Assembly (NCBI GenBank): GCA_965228605.1
Contig: OZ245825.1
Coordinates: 735,621-799,620 of the forward strand
DNA: 64,000 nucleotides
Reading direction: 5' to 3'
From: Phycisphaerales bacterium
GTDB lineage: Bacteria; Planctomycetota; Phycisphaerae; Phycisphaerales; UBA1924
Positions 40,415 through 49,378 of this stretch are shown here, in pieces. Numbering within the stretch: the first letter of the stretch is position 1; each line of letters starts with the position of its first letter. The notes beneath the pieces were generated by a model. The model made no database searches, was not told where the DNA came from, and saw nothing but the letters and a program-made list of their open reading frames with translations. Position numbers and translations under genes: made by a program.

Positions 40415-40868
40415 GGGCGACCAACTCCCGACCACGATCGAAATCATGGAGCCGCTCTGCGCTGTGTTCCGCAGGCACCTCAAGTCGCTCGGCCAGAAGT
40501 ACACCCCCGAGCGCGCCCAGATCCTCGACACGCTCATCCGGATCGATGATGTCTTCCAGGCCGACGACCTCATCGAAGAGATGCGCGAGGGCGAGCATCG
40601 GGTCAGCAAGGCGACGGTGTACCGCACCATCAAGCTGCTGCAGGAGGCGGGCATCATCCAACAGGTGCTCGTGCAGTCCGACCAGGCCCACTACCAACTC
40701 GCCTACGGGCGTCGCCCACGCGACCTCCTGATCCTGGTCGATGAAGAGGGCGGGCGGATCGAGGCGATCGACGTGCCCGAACTGGCAGAGATCCGCGACC
40801 GCATCTGCAAGGAGCGAGGGCTCCGCGCGACGGGCCACCGCTTCCAGGTCTACGCACGGGAGCCTTGA
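40407..40868 (+). CDS. fur: Fur-family transcriptional regulator
   Basis: RBS GGGAGGA. Winged-helix TPERAQILDTL…SKATVYRTIKLLQEAGII. Dimerisation domain. Confidence 0.75.
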   Translation: MTEGDQLPTTIEIMEPLCAVFRRHLKSLGQKYTPERAQILDTLIRIDDVFQADDLIEEMREGEHRVSKATVYRTIKLLQEAGIIQQVLVQSDQAHYQLAYGRRPRDLLILVDEEGGRIEAIDVPELAEIRDRICKERGLRATGHRFQVYAREP

Positions 40869-40878
40869 AGCGACGCGC

Positions 40879-41367
40879 TCAGGCGGCCGCCTGCTCGGCG
40901 CGCCGATCCGCGAGCTTCTTCAGCCCCCGGTACTTCCAGTTCGTGACCGTCGTGATCTTCACGCCCAGCGCCTCGGACGCCTCGCGGAGTGACAGCCCGC
41001 GGCACACGGTGAGGCGGACGGCGGCCTCCTCGTTGCACGTGAGCTCCCCCAGGTGGAGGTCGTCGTACGCCGCCCTGCGTTCGGGCTTCGCGGCCGCCTC
41101 GGGGCGACGCTCGATGCCCGCGGGCTCGATCGCCACCGACGCCTTCCGGCGCTGGCCCCGGATGAGGTTGTGCGCCATCTTGATCAGGTAGCTCGACTTG
41201 ATCTCACGCTGCTCGAGATCGTCCATCCGGAGGAGTTTCAGGAACACCTCCTGCGTGACGTCCTCAGCAGTTGACGCATCGGTCAACTGACGAGCAAATG
41301 CATACACCCGTGCGTAGAACCGTTCGGAAAGCGAGGCAATCGTGGCCTGCTCTGATGCGAGAGTCAT
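40879..41367 (-). CDS. RNA polymerase ECF sigma factor (sigma-70 family, group 4)
   Basis: Region 2 (EDVTQEVFLKLLR) and region 4 HTH (LSLREASEALGVKITTVTNWKYRG). Confidence 0.85.
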   Translation of the reverse strand: MTLASEQATIASLSERFYARVYAFARQLTDASTAEDVTQEVFLKLLRMDDLEQREIKSSYLIKMAHNLIRGQRRKASVAIEPAGIERRPEAAAKPERRAAYDDLHLGELTCNEEAAVRLTVCRGLSLREASEALGVKITTVTNWKYRGLKKLADRRAEQAAA

Positions 41368-41472
41368 TCCTCATACTCCCACCCGCGACATCGGGGCACC
41401 AGTTTTTCTTCCACGGTCATCCTGACCGTTTCCCACCGGCACTAAACTAACTCGCATGAGTATGCGGTGCCT

Positions 41473-41490
41473 TGAGGACATGTCCTCAAT
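41473..41490. promoter_or_regulatory. Perfect 18-bp palindrome TTGAGGACATGTCCTCAA upstream of the ECF sigma gene
   Basis: Exact inverted repeat with 9-bp half-sites, about 105 bp upstream of the sigma-factor start codon. Confidence 0.4.
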
Positions 41491-41550
41491 CTCCCCGACG
41501 CCGCACATCGGGTCCGCCTTTCGTCAACACTTCGCCCACACTTGTGGTGT

Positions 41551-42330
41551 CTAAGGAAGAAGCGACGCGCTGCGCGTCGCGGCGACCGCGATGTTGCGGA
41601 GCAGGCGTGCGCGAAGCCGCGCGTTGCTCGCCGCGACACCCGCCGGGCGGACCACCCGCACCTGTTCGACCACGCGAGGGTCGAGTGACCGACCCACAAG
41701 GGATGCCGTCGGTGCCTCGAGCAGACCCCAGCCATGGGGCAACTCGCGCGGGCGGATCACCCCCGGCGGGGCCATCATGTAGAAGCGATCCGCGAGGCGG
41801 TAGCGCACCATCCGGCTCAGCTTCGCCCCCTTGTGGATCGAGGCATCGGTGCGGTCGATGCGCCGGAGCAACCCCCGGTACTGCGGGCTCCGCGCCGCGC
41901 CAAACGACCAGCGCTCCATCTCCTCGAACAGGAAGGAACCCGACTGACGAAGATTGGGCTCTTTCGATTTGAGGTGGTTTGACTCCAGATTCGCGCGCAT
42001 CTCGTGCAAACGCTCCCGAAGCGTCAGCAGGCGCGCAAGGTCGTGACGCTCGCGCAGGAAGTCGCCCCGCTCCTGCTTGCACTCGATGATCGCGGTGCGC
42101 GGCTCGATGGGCCGCCGCTCGGGCGGACGCTCGAAGAGGCTCACCGAGGCCCACAAAGGGTCATCGGTCGAGCGACCGTCGTTCATGGGCAGTGCATCGA
42201 TGTAGCCCGCCGCGTCGAGGCGGTGGCGGTTGATCGGGCACATCACCTCAGTCGCGACCGCCTGGAACCCGACGGAGCGGAGGAACACCACCGCGAGCGC
42301 TTTCAAGCGGGCGTGGGCCTCGGTCTCCAT
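41551..42330 (-). CDS. Hypothetical protein with a PD-(D/E)xK-like motif (…GYIDALPM…IIECKQERGDF…)
   Basis: RBS GGAGAG upstream of ATG 42330. Motif consistent with a restriction-endonuclease-like fold. Confidence 0.4.
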   Translation of the reverse strand: METEAHARLKALAVVFLRSVGFQAVATEVMCPINRHRLDAAGYIDALPMNDGRSTDDPLWASVSLFERPPERRPIEPRTAIIECKQERGDFLRERHDLARLLTLRERLHEMRANLESNHLKSKEPNLRQSGSFLFEEMERWSFGAARSPQYRGLLRRIDRTDASIHKGAKLSRMVRYRLADRFYMMAPPGVIRPRELPHGWGLLEAPTASLVGRSLDPRVVEQVRVVRPAGVAASNARLRARLLRNIAVAATRSASLLP

Positions 42331-42410
42331 CGCAGGCATCCTCTCCTTACACGGACCAAACACCGTATGCGGAGGGGAGGTCCCGCTCCACCACGCCGAT
42401 AGCATCACCC

Positions 42411-43295
42411 GTGGATGTTGTCCTGAGCCCATACGACCTGCTCGAGTCCTCACCCGCGTTCGCGGCCGTCGCCTCGCTCGCCGACCAGGCGCTGACCCTC
42501 GCGCCCGTCGAGACGGACCTGCACGACGACGCGGAGGCGGGCGAAGCGGCCCGACGCCTCGTCCACCAATGGCGGTGGAGCCTGCCCCTTTGGAGCGCGG
42601 GCCTCCTCGTGAACCAATCCGAAGAGACGGGCACAGCGTCCGCGCTTCAAGCCCTCCGGGCCGCCGCGTTGAGCGAGCCGTGCCTCGAGCGCCTCGCGAT
42701 GATCTGCGGCGGCGACGACGGGGGCGGGGCGATCTGGCGCGATGTCGCGCGGGGCGGGGTCTCGCCCGACCTGACCACGAGCATCCGATCGACCGCCCAT
42801 TGGATCGGCGCCTCGGCCGACCTCCCCGTCGTCGAGGAGGGTCGCGCGAAGGCCCGCCGGGCGGGCCTGGCGTGGCGAGTCGGTATCGCTGGGGTCATCG
42901 GGTCGCCGAGCGCCGACCTGCTCGAATGGCGCGAGGCGACCGCCCCGGCGCGGGCGCAGCTCAGCGAAGCCCTCCGGGCCGCGATCGACGACGCGGCGGT
43001 CGTGGACCGTGATGGGCGTGGCGCGGCCCCCCAGGCATTGGTCGAAGCGGCGGGCGAACTCGAAGCCGCGTCTCGCGCATTCATCCAGGCCGAACCCGAC
43101 TGGCGTGGTCAGGCGGTGATGCTCGCGGTCGAACTCGCCTTCGAGCCCGTCGCCGCGTCGTTCGCCCATGGTGCGCGGGCCGCGGGACGCCTGCTGGGCA
43201 AGCCAACGGCGGGGGGCGCCCAGGTGCCCGCGCTGCTCAACGATCTGTCGGTGGCGGTGCTCAGCGTGCGCCGGCTGCCGTGGGCGCCATCGTGA
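42411..43295 (+). CDS. Hypothetical protein (Ala/Leu-rich helical)
   Basis: Coherent 294-aa ORF, diverging from the upstream gene. Confidence 0.45.
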   Translation: MDVVLSPYDLLESSPAFAAVASLADQALTLAPVETDLHDDAEAGEAARRLVHQWRWSLPLWSAGLLVNQSEETGTASALQALRAAALSEPCLERLAMICGGDDGGGAIWRDVARGGVSPDLTTSIRSTAHWIGASADLPVVEEGRAKARRAGLAWRVGIAGVIGSPSADLLEWREATAPARAQLSEALRAAIDDAAVVDRDGRGAAPQALVEAAGELEAASRAFIQAEPDWRGQAVMLAVELAFEPVAASFAHGARAAGRLLGKPTAGGAQVPALLNDLSVAVLSVRRLPWAPS

Positions 43296-43680
43296 GTCGC
43301 GACGGCCCGCCGCAGAACTGCACCTCGAGGTAGCGGGCGATGTAGTCCACGATGGACATCGCCTCGGGCACTTCCGGGTTCGCGGTGGCGCCCATGGGCT
43401 CGAAGCGCATGCCCTTGAAGCGGACGACCGCGTCTTCGACCGAAAGGCCGTATTGCAGCGCGAGCGAGAACGAGCGGGCGAAGCCCTGGCACATCCCCGA
43501 GAGGGTCGAGCCGGCCTTGGCGATCTTGAGGAACACCTCTCGCGGCAGCCCCTCGTCGTCGAGCCCGATGGTCAGGTAGCCCTCGACACCCGAGATGCAG
43601 AACTTGTGGGTGATCGAATCGCGGGTCGGGGGGAGGGACTGGCGGACCATGGGCGCTCCTTGCTCGTGATGTGACTGCAT
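43261..43680 (-). CDS. Stand-alone fragment resembling the C-terminal region of class II (B12-dependent) ribonucleotide reductase NrdJ
   Basis: Resembles the C-terminal region of class II (NrdJ) ribonucleotide reductase as recalled (…YLTIGLDDEGLPREVFLKIAKAGSTLSG…RFEPMGATANPEVPEAMSIVDYIARYL…). Only about 139 aa, with no N-terminal catalytic domain adjacent. Confidence 0.45.
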   Translation of the reverse strand: MQSHHEQGAPMVRQSLPPTRDSITHKFCISGVEGYLTIGLDDEGLPREVFLKIAKAGSTLSGMCQGFARSFSLALQYGLSVEDAVVRFKGMRFEPMGATANPEVPEAMSIVDYIARYLEVQFCGGPSRLTMAPTAAGAR

Positions 43681-43737
43681 GGGTCCAGTCTACATCGGCG
43701 GGCGCTGGGGGCGGCCCCTCAGATTTTGGGGGTCGGC

Positions 43738-44010
43738 CTACGCGGCGCGGGCCGGCTCACTCGCCGCCGCCTCGCGGAGCCTGGCATAGACCGCATCGTG
43801 GCGGGCCGTGACCTGCTCGGGCGTGAGGTCGAGCGTGCGGGCGATCTCCGCGTGGCTCATGCCCTCGGCGTAGCGGAGCAGCATGAGCAACTGATCGTTG
43901 CGGTCGAGCCCGCGGACGAAGAAGCTGCGGAGGACATCAAAGGCCTCGCCCTGGCAATCCTTGCCTTGGGGGGCGGGGGGGGGCGTGGTGGTCGTGGCTG
44001 TCATGGTCAT
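43738..44010 (-). CDS. Small sigma-70 region-4-like HTH protein
   Basis: LLRYAEGMSHAEIARTLDLTPEQVTARHDAVYARLR matches sigma region 4 / LuxR-type HTH. Thr-rich N-terminus. Confidence 0.45.
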   Translation of the reverse strand: MTMTATTTTPPPAPQGKDCQGEAFDVLRSFFVRGLDRNDQLLMLLRYAEGMSHAEIARTLDLTPEQVTARHDAVYARLREAAASEPARAA

Positions 44011-44160
44011 GACTCGGCTCCGTTGCTCACCCCGTTGGGCCTCCTGCCCGCCATCGATGAGACACACCGACAATGCGAGAGTCGGTACTGTTCATGTAGG
44101 GCAACGGGCCTAATTTGCACCGATCTCCCCATAGACCTGACCACCGGAGCCGCACGACCC

Positions 44161-44715
44161 ATGGCACGCACCCCCTCGACGATGGCCCTCCCCCTGGGCG
44201 CCCCCGCGCCCGACTTCTCCCTCCCTGACCCGTCTGGGGCGGCGCACACGCTGCGCGATGTGGCCGGCGGCACGGGGCTGCTCGTGATGTTCATCTGCAA
44301 CCACTGCCCGTTCGTGATCCACGTGCGCGACGAGCTGGCGCGCATCGGGCGCGATGCGCAGGGCAAGGGCGTGGGCGTCGCGGCGATCATGTCCAACGAC
44401 GTCGCCAACTACCCCGACGATGCGCCCGACAAGATGGCCGACGAGGCGCGCGAGGTCGGCTACACCTTCCCGTACCTGTACGACGAGACGCAGGAGGTCG
44501 CCAAGGCGTACCACGCGGCGTGCACGCCGGACTTCTTCCTGTTCGATGCGAACCTGAAGCTCGTGTACCGCGGCCAGCTCGACGCGAGCCGGCCGGGCAA
44601 CGAGCTGCCCGTGACGGGCGAGGACCTGCGCGCGGCGGTCGATGCGATCGTGACGGGCGCGGATGTGAACCCGAACCAGACGCCGAGCATTGGGTGCAAT
44701 ATCAAGTGGAAGTGA
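44161..44715 (+). CDS. Thioredoxin-fold thiol-disulfide oxidoreductase/peroxiredoxin-like protein (CxxC = CNHC)
   Basis: AhpC/TSA-like fold (DFSLPDPSGAAHTL…LVMFICNHCPFV). Confidence 0.7.
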   Translation: MARTPSTMALPLGAPAPDFSLPDPSGAAHTLRDVAGGTGLLVMFICNHCPFVIHVRDELARIGRDAQGKGVGVAAIMSNDVANYPDDAPDKMADEAREVGYTFPYLYDETQEVAKAYHAACTPDFFLFDANLKLVYRGQLDASRPGNELPVTGEDLRAAVDAIVTGADVNPNQTPSIGCNIKWK

Positions 44716-44817
44716 GGCGGGTCTCGGGTTCCGGGTCTCGGGGTTCGGGGTGGGACCGGCCAGCGACCGGTCTTCGGGCGCCGCCCGAGCCGACGCGGAT
44801 GGGTCCCTTAGCATGCG

Positions 44818-45324
44818 GTGATGACTTCCCGCCCCGACATCTGGATGCGCGTGCAGGCGGACATTGATGCCGGCGACCTGGTGATGGCGCGGCGACGTCT
44901 GGTGTCGTGGATCGGCAACGAGGGGCCGGACGATGAGGTGGCGATCCGGATCGGGTCGCTGTCGCTCCAGTTGGGCAACCAAGTGAACGCCGGTCGGTGG
45001 TGGTTCCTGACCAGTGCGACTGGCGCGGAGGTGGACGACGCGGTGCGGGCGTTTGTGGAGTGGGCGGGGACCCCGTACTGGGTTCCGTGCCACCTGCCGA
45101 AGCCCCTGCGCCGCGGGCGTTCGTGGGACGACCTGCCCGCGCCGGCGCAGGCGCGGTTCGAGTCCCTGCAACTGGGCAAGCGTGGGTGGCCGGCCGCGGC
45201 CGGTGACGAGCGTGCGTTTGGCCGACCGGGCGCCCTTGCCGACTTTGTCGGCCTGCTGATCGTCGCGGTGTGCGTGCTCGTGTTCGGGGTGGGGGTGGTG
45301 ACGGTGCTCGGTTGGATCTTCTGA
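44818..45324 (+). CDS. Hypothetical protein with C-terminal TM helix
   Basis: Coherent ORF with a C-terminal hydrophobic anchor LIVAVCVLVFGVGVVTVLGWIF. Confidence 0.45.
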   Translation: MMTSRPDIWMRVQADIDAGDLVMARRRLVSWIGNEGPDDEVAIRIGSLSLQLGNQVNAGRWWFLTSATGAEVDDAVRAFVEWAGTPYWVPCHLPKPLRRGRSWDDLPAPAQARFESLQLGKRGWPAAAGDERAFGRPGALADFVGLLIVAVCVLVFGVGVVTVLGWIF

Positions 45325-45414
45325 GGTGTCGTCGCGTGCGGGGGCGGCGGGCCGCCGGAGTTGGGTGGTGTTCAGCCTGTGCGCGGGGTCCGCGCCGTTA
45401 TGGGCGGGCGCGCA

Positions 45415-45730
45415 CGGCGATGTTGCGTGGATGCAGGGGAGCATTGCATGGATGCAGGGCGATCGTGCATCCATGCGCTGCGGCCGTGCGTGGATGCGCT
45501 GCGACCGGGCATGGACGACCGACGATCGGGCATGGACGGGCGACGATCGGGCGTGGACGGGCGGCGATCGGGCGTGGACGGTCGACGACTGACCGTGGAC
45601 GTTCGACGATCGACCGTGGATGGTCGATGACCGACCGTGGACGGTCGACGACCGACCGTGGACGGTCGACGGCCGACCGTGGACGGTCGATGACCGACCG
45701 TGGACGTTCGATGATCGACCGTGACCGTAC
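45415..45730. repeat. Tandem array of about 15 21-bp repeats. Consensus ACCGACCGTGGACGGTCGACG, each with the 6-4-6 palindrome CGACCG-TGGA-CGGTCG.
   Basis: Exact 21-bp phasing. The 3'-most copies are near-identical. 5' copies degrade progressively (…GCATGGATGCAGGG…). Confidence 0.75.
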
Positions 45731-45810
45731 CCGGACGTTGCGCGGGCGGCGCGCGGGGGTGGATGGCCCTGTACCGGGGTGATGAGGGTGGCCCGAACTA
45801 TCATGCGGCC

Positions 45811-46450
45811 ATGGCTGCGCCCACCGACGACCCACGCCCCGTGCGCCGCGCTCGACTCCCCCGGTTGAGGTCGGGCGGGGTTTGGACCGTTGCCTTGTGC
45901 GTGCTGCTTGGGGCGGTGACAACGGTGGGCGTGGCTTGGGGAGTGGTTTGGCTGGCACGCCCGACCAGTGACACCGTCTATTTCGGCCCGGACTACATGG
46001 GGAGGGCAACGCCAGACTGGATTCGGAGCGATTCGTTGGAATGGCCGCGGGCTTGGGGCTGCGATTGGCCGGCCGCCGACATGCAGATCAGGTCCACTGG
46101 CGCCTTCCGTCGAGGCGCCGCGACGTATCGTGGCTATACGCACATTGCCGTAGTTGAATGCGCCGGTGCGCCTCTACCGGCGGTCTGCAAGGACCACAGT
46201 CGCTGGGTGGCAGCTGCCTGGCACGTGGCACAACGGGATGTTGTTGGGATCGGTGTACTTGCCTGTCAAGCCCCACTTCCCCGGCCTCCTCATCGACACA
46301 CTCTTCTGGGGCGCGCTCTGGCTCGCGGTGATCGCGGCCCTCCGCGCGTTGCGTCGTCGCCGCCGCCGCAGGCGCGGGCTGTGCGTGCAGTGCGGGTACG
46401 AGCTTGCGGGGCTTGGGCGGTGTCCGGAGTGTGGGGTAGTGGTGCAGTAG
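45811..46450 (+). pseudogene. Zinc-ribbon membrane protein paralog 1 (TM – extracytoplasmic domain – TM – polyArg – CVQCGYELAGLGRCPECG), frameshifted
   Basis: The N-terminal part is in frame 1 (ORF 45721..46467). The conserved C-terminal module (LPVKPHFPGLLIDTLFWGALWL…RRRRRRRRGLCVQCGYELAGLGRCPECGVVVQ) is in frame 2 (ORF 46154..46450). Collinear with the intact paralog 46460..47182. Confidence 0.5.
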
Positions 46451-46459
46451 GATCCAGGC

Positions 46460-47182
46460 ATGGCTGAGCCCGTCGAGCGCGCGTGTCATTCACGGCTGCT
46501 GCGCCGGCCCTGGCCGGGCAGGGTAGGGCTTTGGATTCTCGCGTTGTGCGCACTGCTTGGGGTGGTGACGACGGTGGGTGTGGCTTGGGGGTTGGTGGGG
46601 TACTTTGGACCCAGGCCGCGAATCAACGATGTGAGCTTCATCGCGGCTGAGGAGTACCGCTCTAGCGGGCGGATGCGAACAAAGGACGCGCCGGTACGAC
46701 CGGACGCGATGGCTTGGCCCACGGCGGTGCCGGCTGACTGGCCAACGCCATGGTCTGTGAGTGTCGGATCGATGCCCGGCTGGCGGAGGCAAGTGGCGTG
46801 GGGCGGTGGTTTCGGTTTCATTCTGTACACCGACAGGGTTGGGCTCCCTTGGCCCGCGATGGAACTGAACCGTGCGCGGGAGCCTGGGTCGGCCTTTCAA
46901 GGGGTCTGGAGCCAGGGGTTTGCTCTGCGCAGGAGCACTTACCCCGCTGGGTACGAGACGACGTTTGACGGTCGGACTCGCCTCCCCCTCAAGCCCCACT
47001 TCCCCGGCTTCCTCATCGACACGTTGTTCTGGGGCGCACTCTGGCTCGGGGTGATCATGGCGTTCCGCGCGTTGCGTCGTCGTCGCCGCCGCAGGCGTGG
47101 GCTGTGCGTGCAGTGCAGGTACGAGCTTGCGGGGCTTGGGCGGTGTCCAGAGTGTGGGGTGGCTTGCGAGCCCGGAGCGTGA
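46460..47182 (+). CDS. Zinc-ribbon membrane protein paralog 2 (TM – extracytoplasmic domain – TM – R8 – CVQCRYELAGLGRCPECG)
   Basis: Intact 240-aa ORF. Two TM helices bracket a roughly 150-aa domain. Cytoplasmic poly-Arg plus CxxC…CPEC zinc ribbon at the C-terminus. Confidence 0.6.
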   Translation: MAEPVERACHSRLLRRPWPGRVGLWILALCALLGVVTTVGVAWGLVGYFGPRPRINDVSFIAAEEYRSSGRMRTKDAPVRPDAMAWPTAVPADWPTPWSVSVGSMPGWRRQVAWGGGFGFILYTDRVGLPWPAMELNRAREPGSAFQGVWSQGFALRRSTYPAGYETTFDGRTRLPLKPHFPGFLIDTLFWGALWLGVIMAFRALRRRRRRRRGLCVQCRYELAGLGRCPECGVACEPGA

Positions 47183-47269
47183 GCGATGGGCTTCGGGGCG
47201 CGGGGGTCGTCGGAGGTGAAGAAGCCCGTCGCTTACGCTCTGGGCTCGCAGTGGGGCGCGGCGCGTCGG

Positions 47270-47725
47270 TCAGGGGCTCGACTTCCACACGTCGCGGTAA
47301 GACGCCGGGAGGGCGTCGATGAAGACCTGGCTTGCCTCACTGATCACGTCCGGGTTGAAGCTGTCGGGGCGCTGGTCAACGCCGACGAGAACGCCCTCGG
47401 CGTCGGGCGTCCAGACCCTCACGCCGAGGTCGCCGTTGTAGCCCCAGAGCCACCCGTTGGCGGTGACATCGAAGAACCACCGGCTGTGGACGCTGCCGAA
47501 GGTGTCGGAGGCGATGATGCGTCCGGCGTCTTCGAGGCGGATGGAGACCGTGCCCGCCGTGTCTTGCCAGATGAGCAGCGTGGCGCCGGTGGGGAGCGTT
47601 GTGGTGCCCGGGTCCCTGATGAGGGATCGGGCGGGTGGGCCGGAGGCAGCCGGCCGGCACGCCGTCGCGGCGAGCAGGAACAGCGCGATGAGGGCGAACT
47701 GAAGGAAGATCCGGTGGGCTGGCAT
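47270..47725 (-). CDS. Lipoprotein/secreted hypothetical protein
   Basis: Signal peptide with lipobox-like LAATAC. Confidence 0.5.
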   Translation of the reverse strand: MPAHRIFLQFALIALFLLAATACRPAASGPPARSLIRDPGTTTLPTGATLLIWQDTAGTVSIRLEDAGRIIASDTFGSVHSRWFFDVTANGWLWGYNGDLGVRVWTPDAEGVLVGVDQRPDSFNPDVISEASQVFIDALPASYRDVWKSSP

Positions 47726-47788
47726 GCGGGCGATCCTGGCGGCGCAGGGAAGGGCGCAACCGCTTGATCATACGGTGCGCCGCGTGCT

Positions 47789-48736
47789 CTATTCGCCGCC
47801 GAGCCCCTCGACCAGCGCCCCGAGGTTCGCCCGCATCGTCTTCGGCCAGTCACCCTCGCCCAGTGGGTCGAGCATGAGCACCTTCACGCCCGTCTTGCTC
47901 GCCAGGCGGTCGGCCTCGGCGCGGGAGATCTGGGGCTCGATGTAGATCGCGCGCACACCCTGGGTCTCGATGAGCACCTTCGCCGCCGCGATGTCGCGCG
48001 GGCTCGGGGCGACCAGGCTCATCGGGCGCAGCGCTGCGCCGACCTCGAGCCCGTAGCGGTCGCACAGGTAGGCGTAGGCCGAGTGCTGGACGACGAGCGT
48101 CCTGCGTGGCAGCGCGCCGATCGCCGAGGCGTACTCCGCGTGCACGCCCCGGCACGCCTCGCGCAGCGGCGCCGCCTTGCCGGCGGGCGCGCCGAACTCC
48201 GCCGCGAGCTTGTCGACGAAGCGTTCCATGAGGAGCGGGTCGAGCCAGAAGTGGGGGTCGATGGGGCCGTGGTTGTGCTCGCCGTCTTCGTGGTGGTGGT
48301 GCTCGTGGTCAAAGGCGATGGCCTCGTCCTCGGCGACCACCTCCTCGAAGCGCACGACCCTGCGTGTGTCAGACGCGTGAGCGCGCAGGGCGGCCTCGAC
48401 GGGCGGCTCGAGCATCGCGCCCGCCATGACAAGCACATCCGCCTTCGCGATCGCCATGACCTGCGCGGGCGTGAGTTCGAACCCGTGGGGCGACACGCCG
48501 GGCGGCATGAGGAGCGTGATGTCAGCGTCATCGGGCGCAAGGCCCCGCACCGCCCACTCGATGGGCGGGATGGTGACGACGATGCGGAGCGGGGTGGGGG
48601 TGGGGGTGGGCGAGGGGGTGGGGGTGGCGTCGGCCGCTGAAGGTGCGGTCGCCGGCTCGTCGCACCCCGCCAGAGCGAGCAGCAGCGCAGCGAGCAGCCC
48701 CATGATCAACAGGCGTGGCGGGGAGAACGGGCTCAT
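47789..48736 (-). CDS. znuA: Zinc ABC transporter substrate-binding lipoprotein (ZnuA/TroA family)
   Basis: Lipobox LALAGC. TroA-like fold with a His-rich loop DHEHHHHEDGEHNHGP. ATG at 48736. Confidence 0.8.
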   Translation of the reverse strand: MSPFSPPRLLIMGLLAALLLALAGCDEPATAPSAADATPTPSPTPTPTPLRIVVTIPPIEWAVRGLAPDDADITLLMPPGVSPHGFELTPAQVMAIAKADVLVMAGAMLEPPVEAALRAHASDTRRVVRFEEVVAEDEAIAFDHEHHHHEDGEHNHGPIDPHFWLDPLLMERFVDKLAAEFGAPAGKAAPLREACRGVHAEYASAIGALPRRTLVVQHSAYAYLCDRYGLEVGAALRPMSLVAPSPRDIAAAKVLIETQGVRAIYIEPQISRAEADRLASKTGVKVLMLDPLGEGDWPKTMRANLGALVEGLGGE

Positions 48737-48903
48737 CGTTGGACCTCCTGTGCGAGTGCTACGCCGGCGGGTGGGGGCGGGATCGCCCAAGCCGTGAGGG
48801 TAGTCGGCCCGGAGAAGTGGGCCCGGCGGGCTGACAGGTGGCGTGGAGCGGGTATGATGGGCGGTGCTGAGCGGCCCCCCGGGTCGCCCGGCACGACAAC
48901 CTG

Positions 48904-48976
48904 GGGGCAGTAGCTCAATTGGGAGAGCGCCTCGGTCGCATCGAGGAGGTTGTGAGTTCGAGCCTCATCTGCTCCA
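48904..48976 (+). tRNA. tRNA-Ala (CGC)
   Basis: G3:U70 identity pair. Anticodon loop GTCGCAT. Canonical D-arm GCTC-AATTGGGA-GAGC. Confidence 0.8.
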
Positions 48977-48988
48977 CTTGCCCAGGAC

Positions 48989-49025
48989 GGGCCGGCTTGC
49001 GAGAGCCGGCCCGTGTGGCTTTTTG
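48989..49025 (+). terminator. Rho-independent terminator after tRNA-Ala
   Basis: GGGCCGGC-TTGCGAGA-GCCGGCCC stem-loop followed by GTGTGGCTTTTT. Confidence 0.7.
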
Positions 49026-49078
49026 GGGCGCGAAAGCGCGGCTCACCGGGGCCCAATGATGCGGCGGGAGGCAGATCG

Positions 49079-49303
49079 ATGGTGAAGGACGTTGTGAAGG
49101 CGCTGACTCAAGAGCTGACCCGCTGCGCGGTCGCCACGTGTGTGGGCGCCGTCGTCGGCGGGGCCGCGGGGGCGGGCGTCGGGCTCTGGCTTGGGATGGG
49201 GCTCAGTGGATTGGCGGCGTTCGCGGGGATCGGCGCGGTGCTCTGCGGGGCGGGGATGCTGTTCCTCTATGTGATGATCGTCGCGGACACGACGGTCCTG
49301 TAG
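49079..49303 (+). CDS. Small membrane protein (Gly/Ala-rich TM helices)
   Basis: ATG 49079 (MVKDVVKAL…) followed by two hydrophobic helices. Confidence 0.4.
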   Translation: MVKDVVKALTQELTRCAVATCVGAVVGGAAGAGVGLWLGMGLSGLAAFAGIGAVLCGAGMLFLYVMIVADTTVL

Positions 49304-49378
49304 GTGCTGAGCGAGTCAGGGGCAGCGCTGGCCGAAGGCCGCGAGCAGTTGGTTCAGGTCGGTCAGTCGCTGCTAGGG

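Noticed and set aside
44110-46143. 677-aa minus-strand ORF spanning the thioredoxin-like gene, the hypothetical gene and the 21-bp repeat array
   Set aside because: Composition is low-complexity (Arg/His/Pro runs), and it is read through a tandem-repeat array. Plus-strand genes with motifs occupy the same space.
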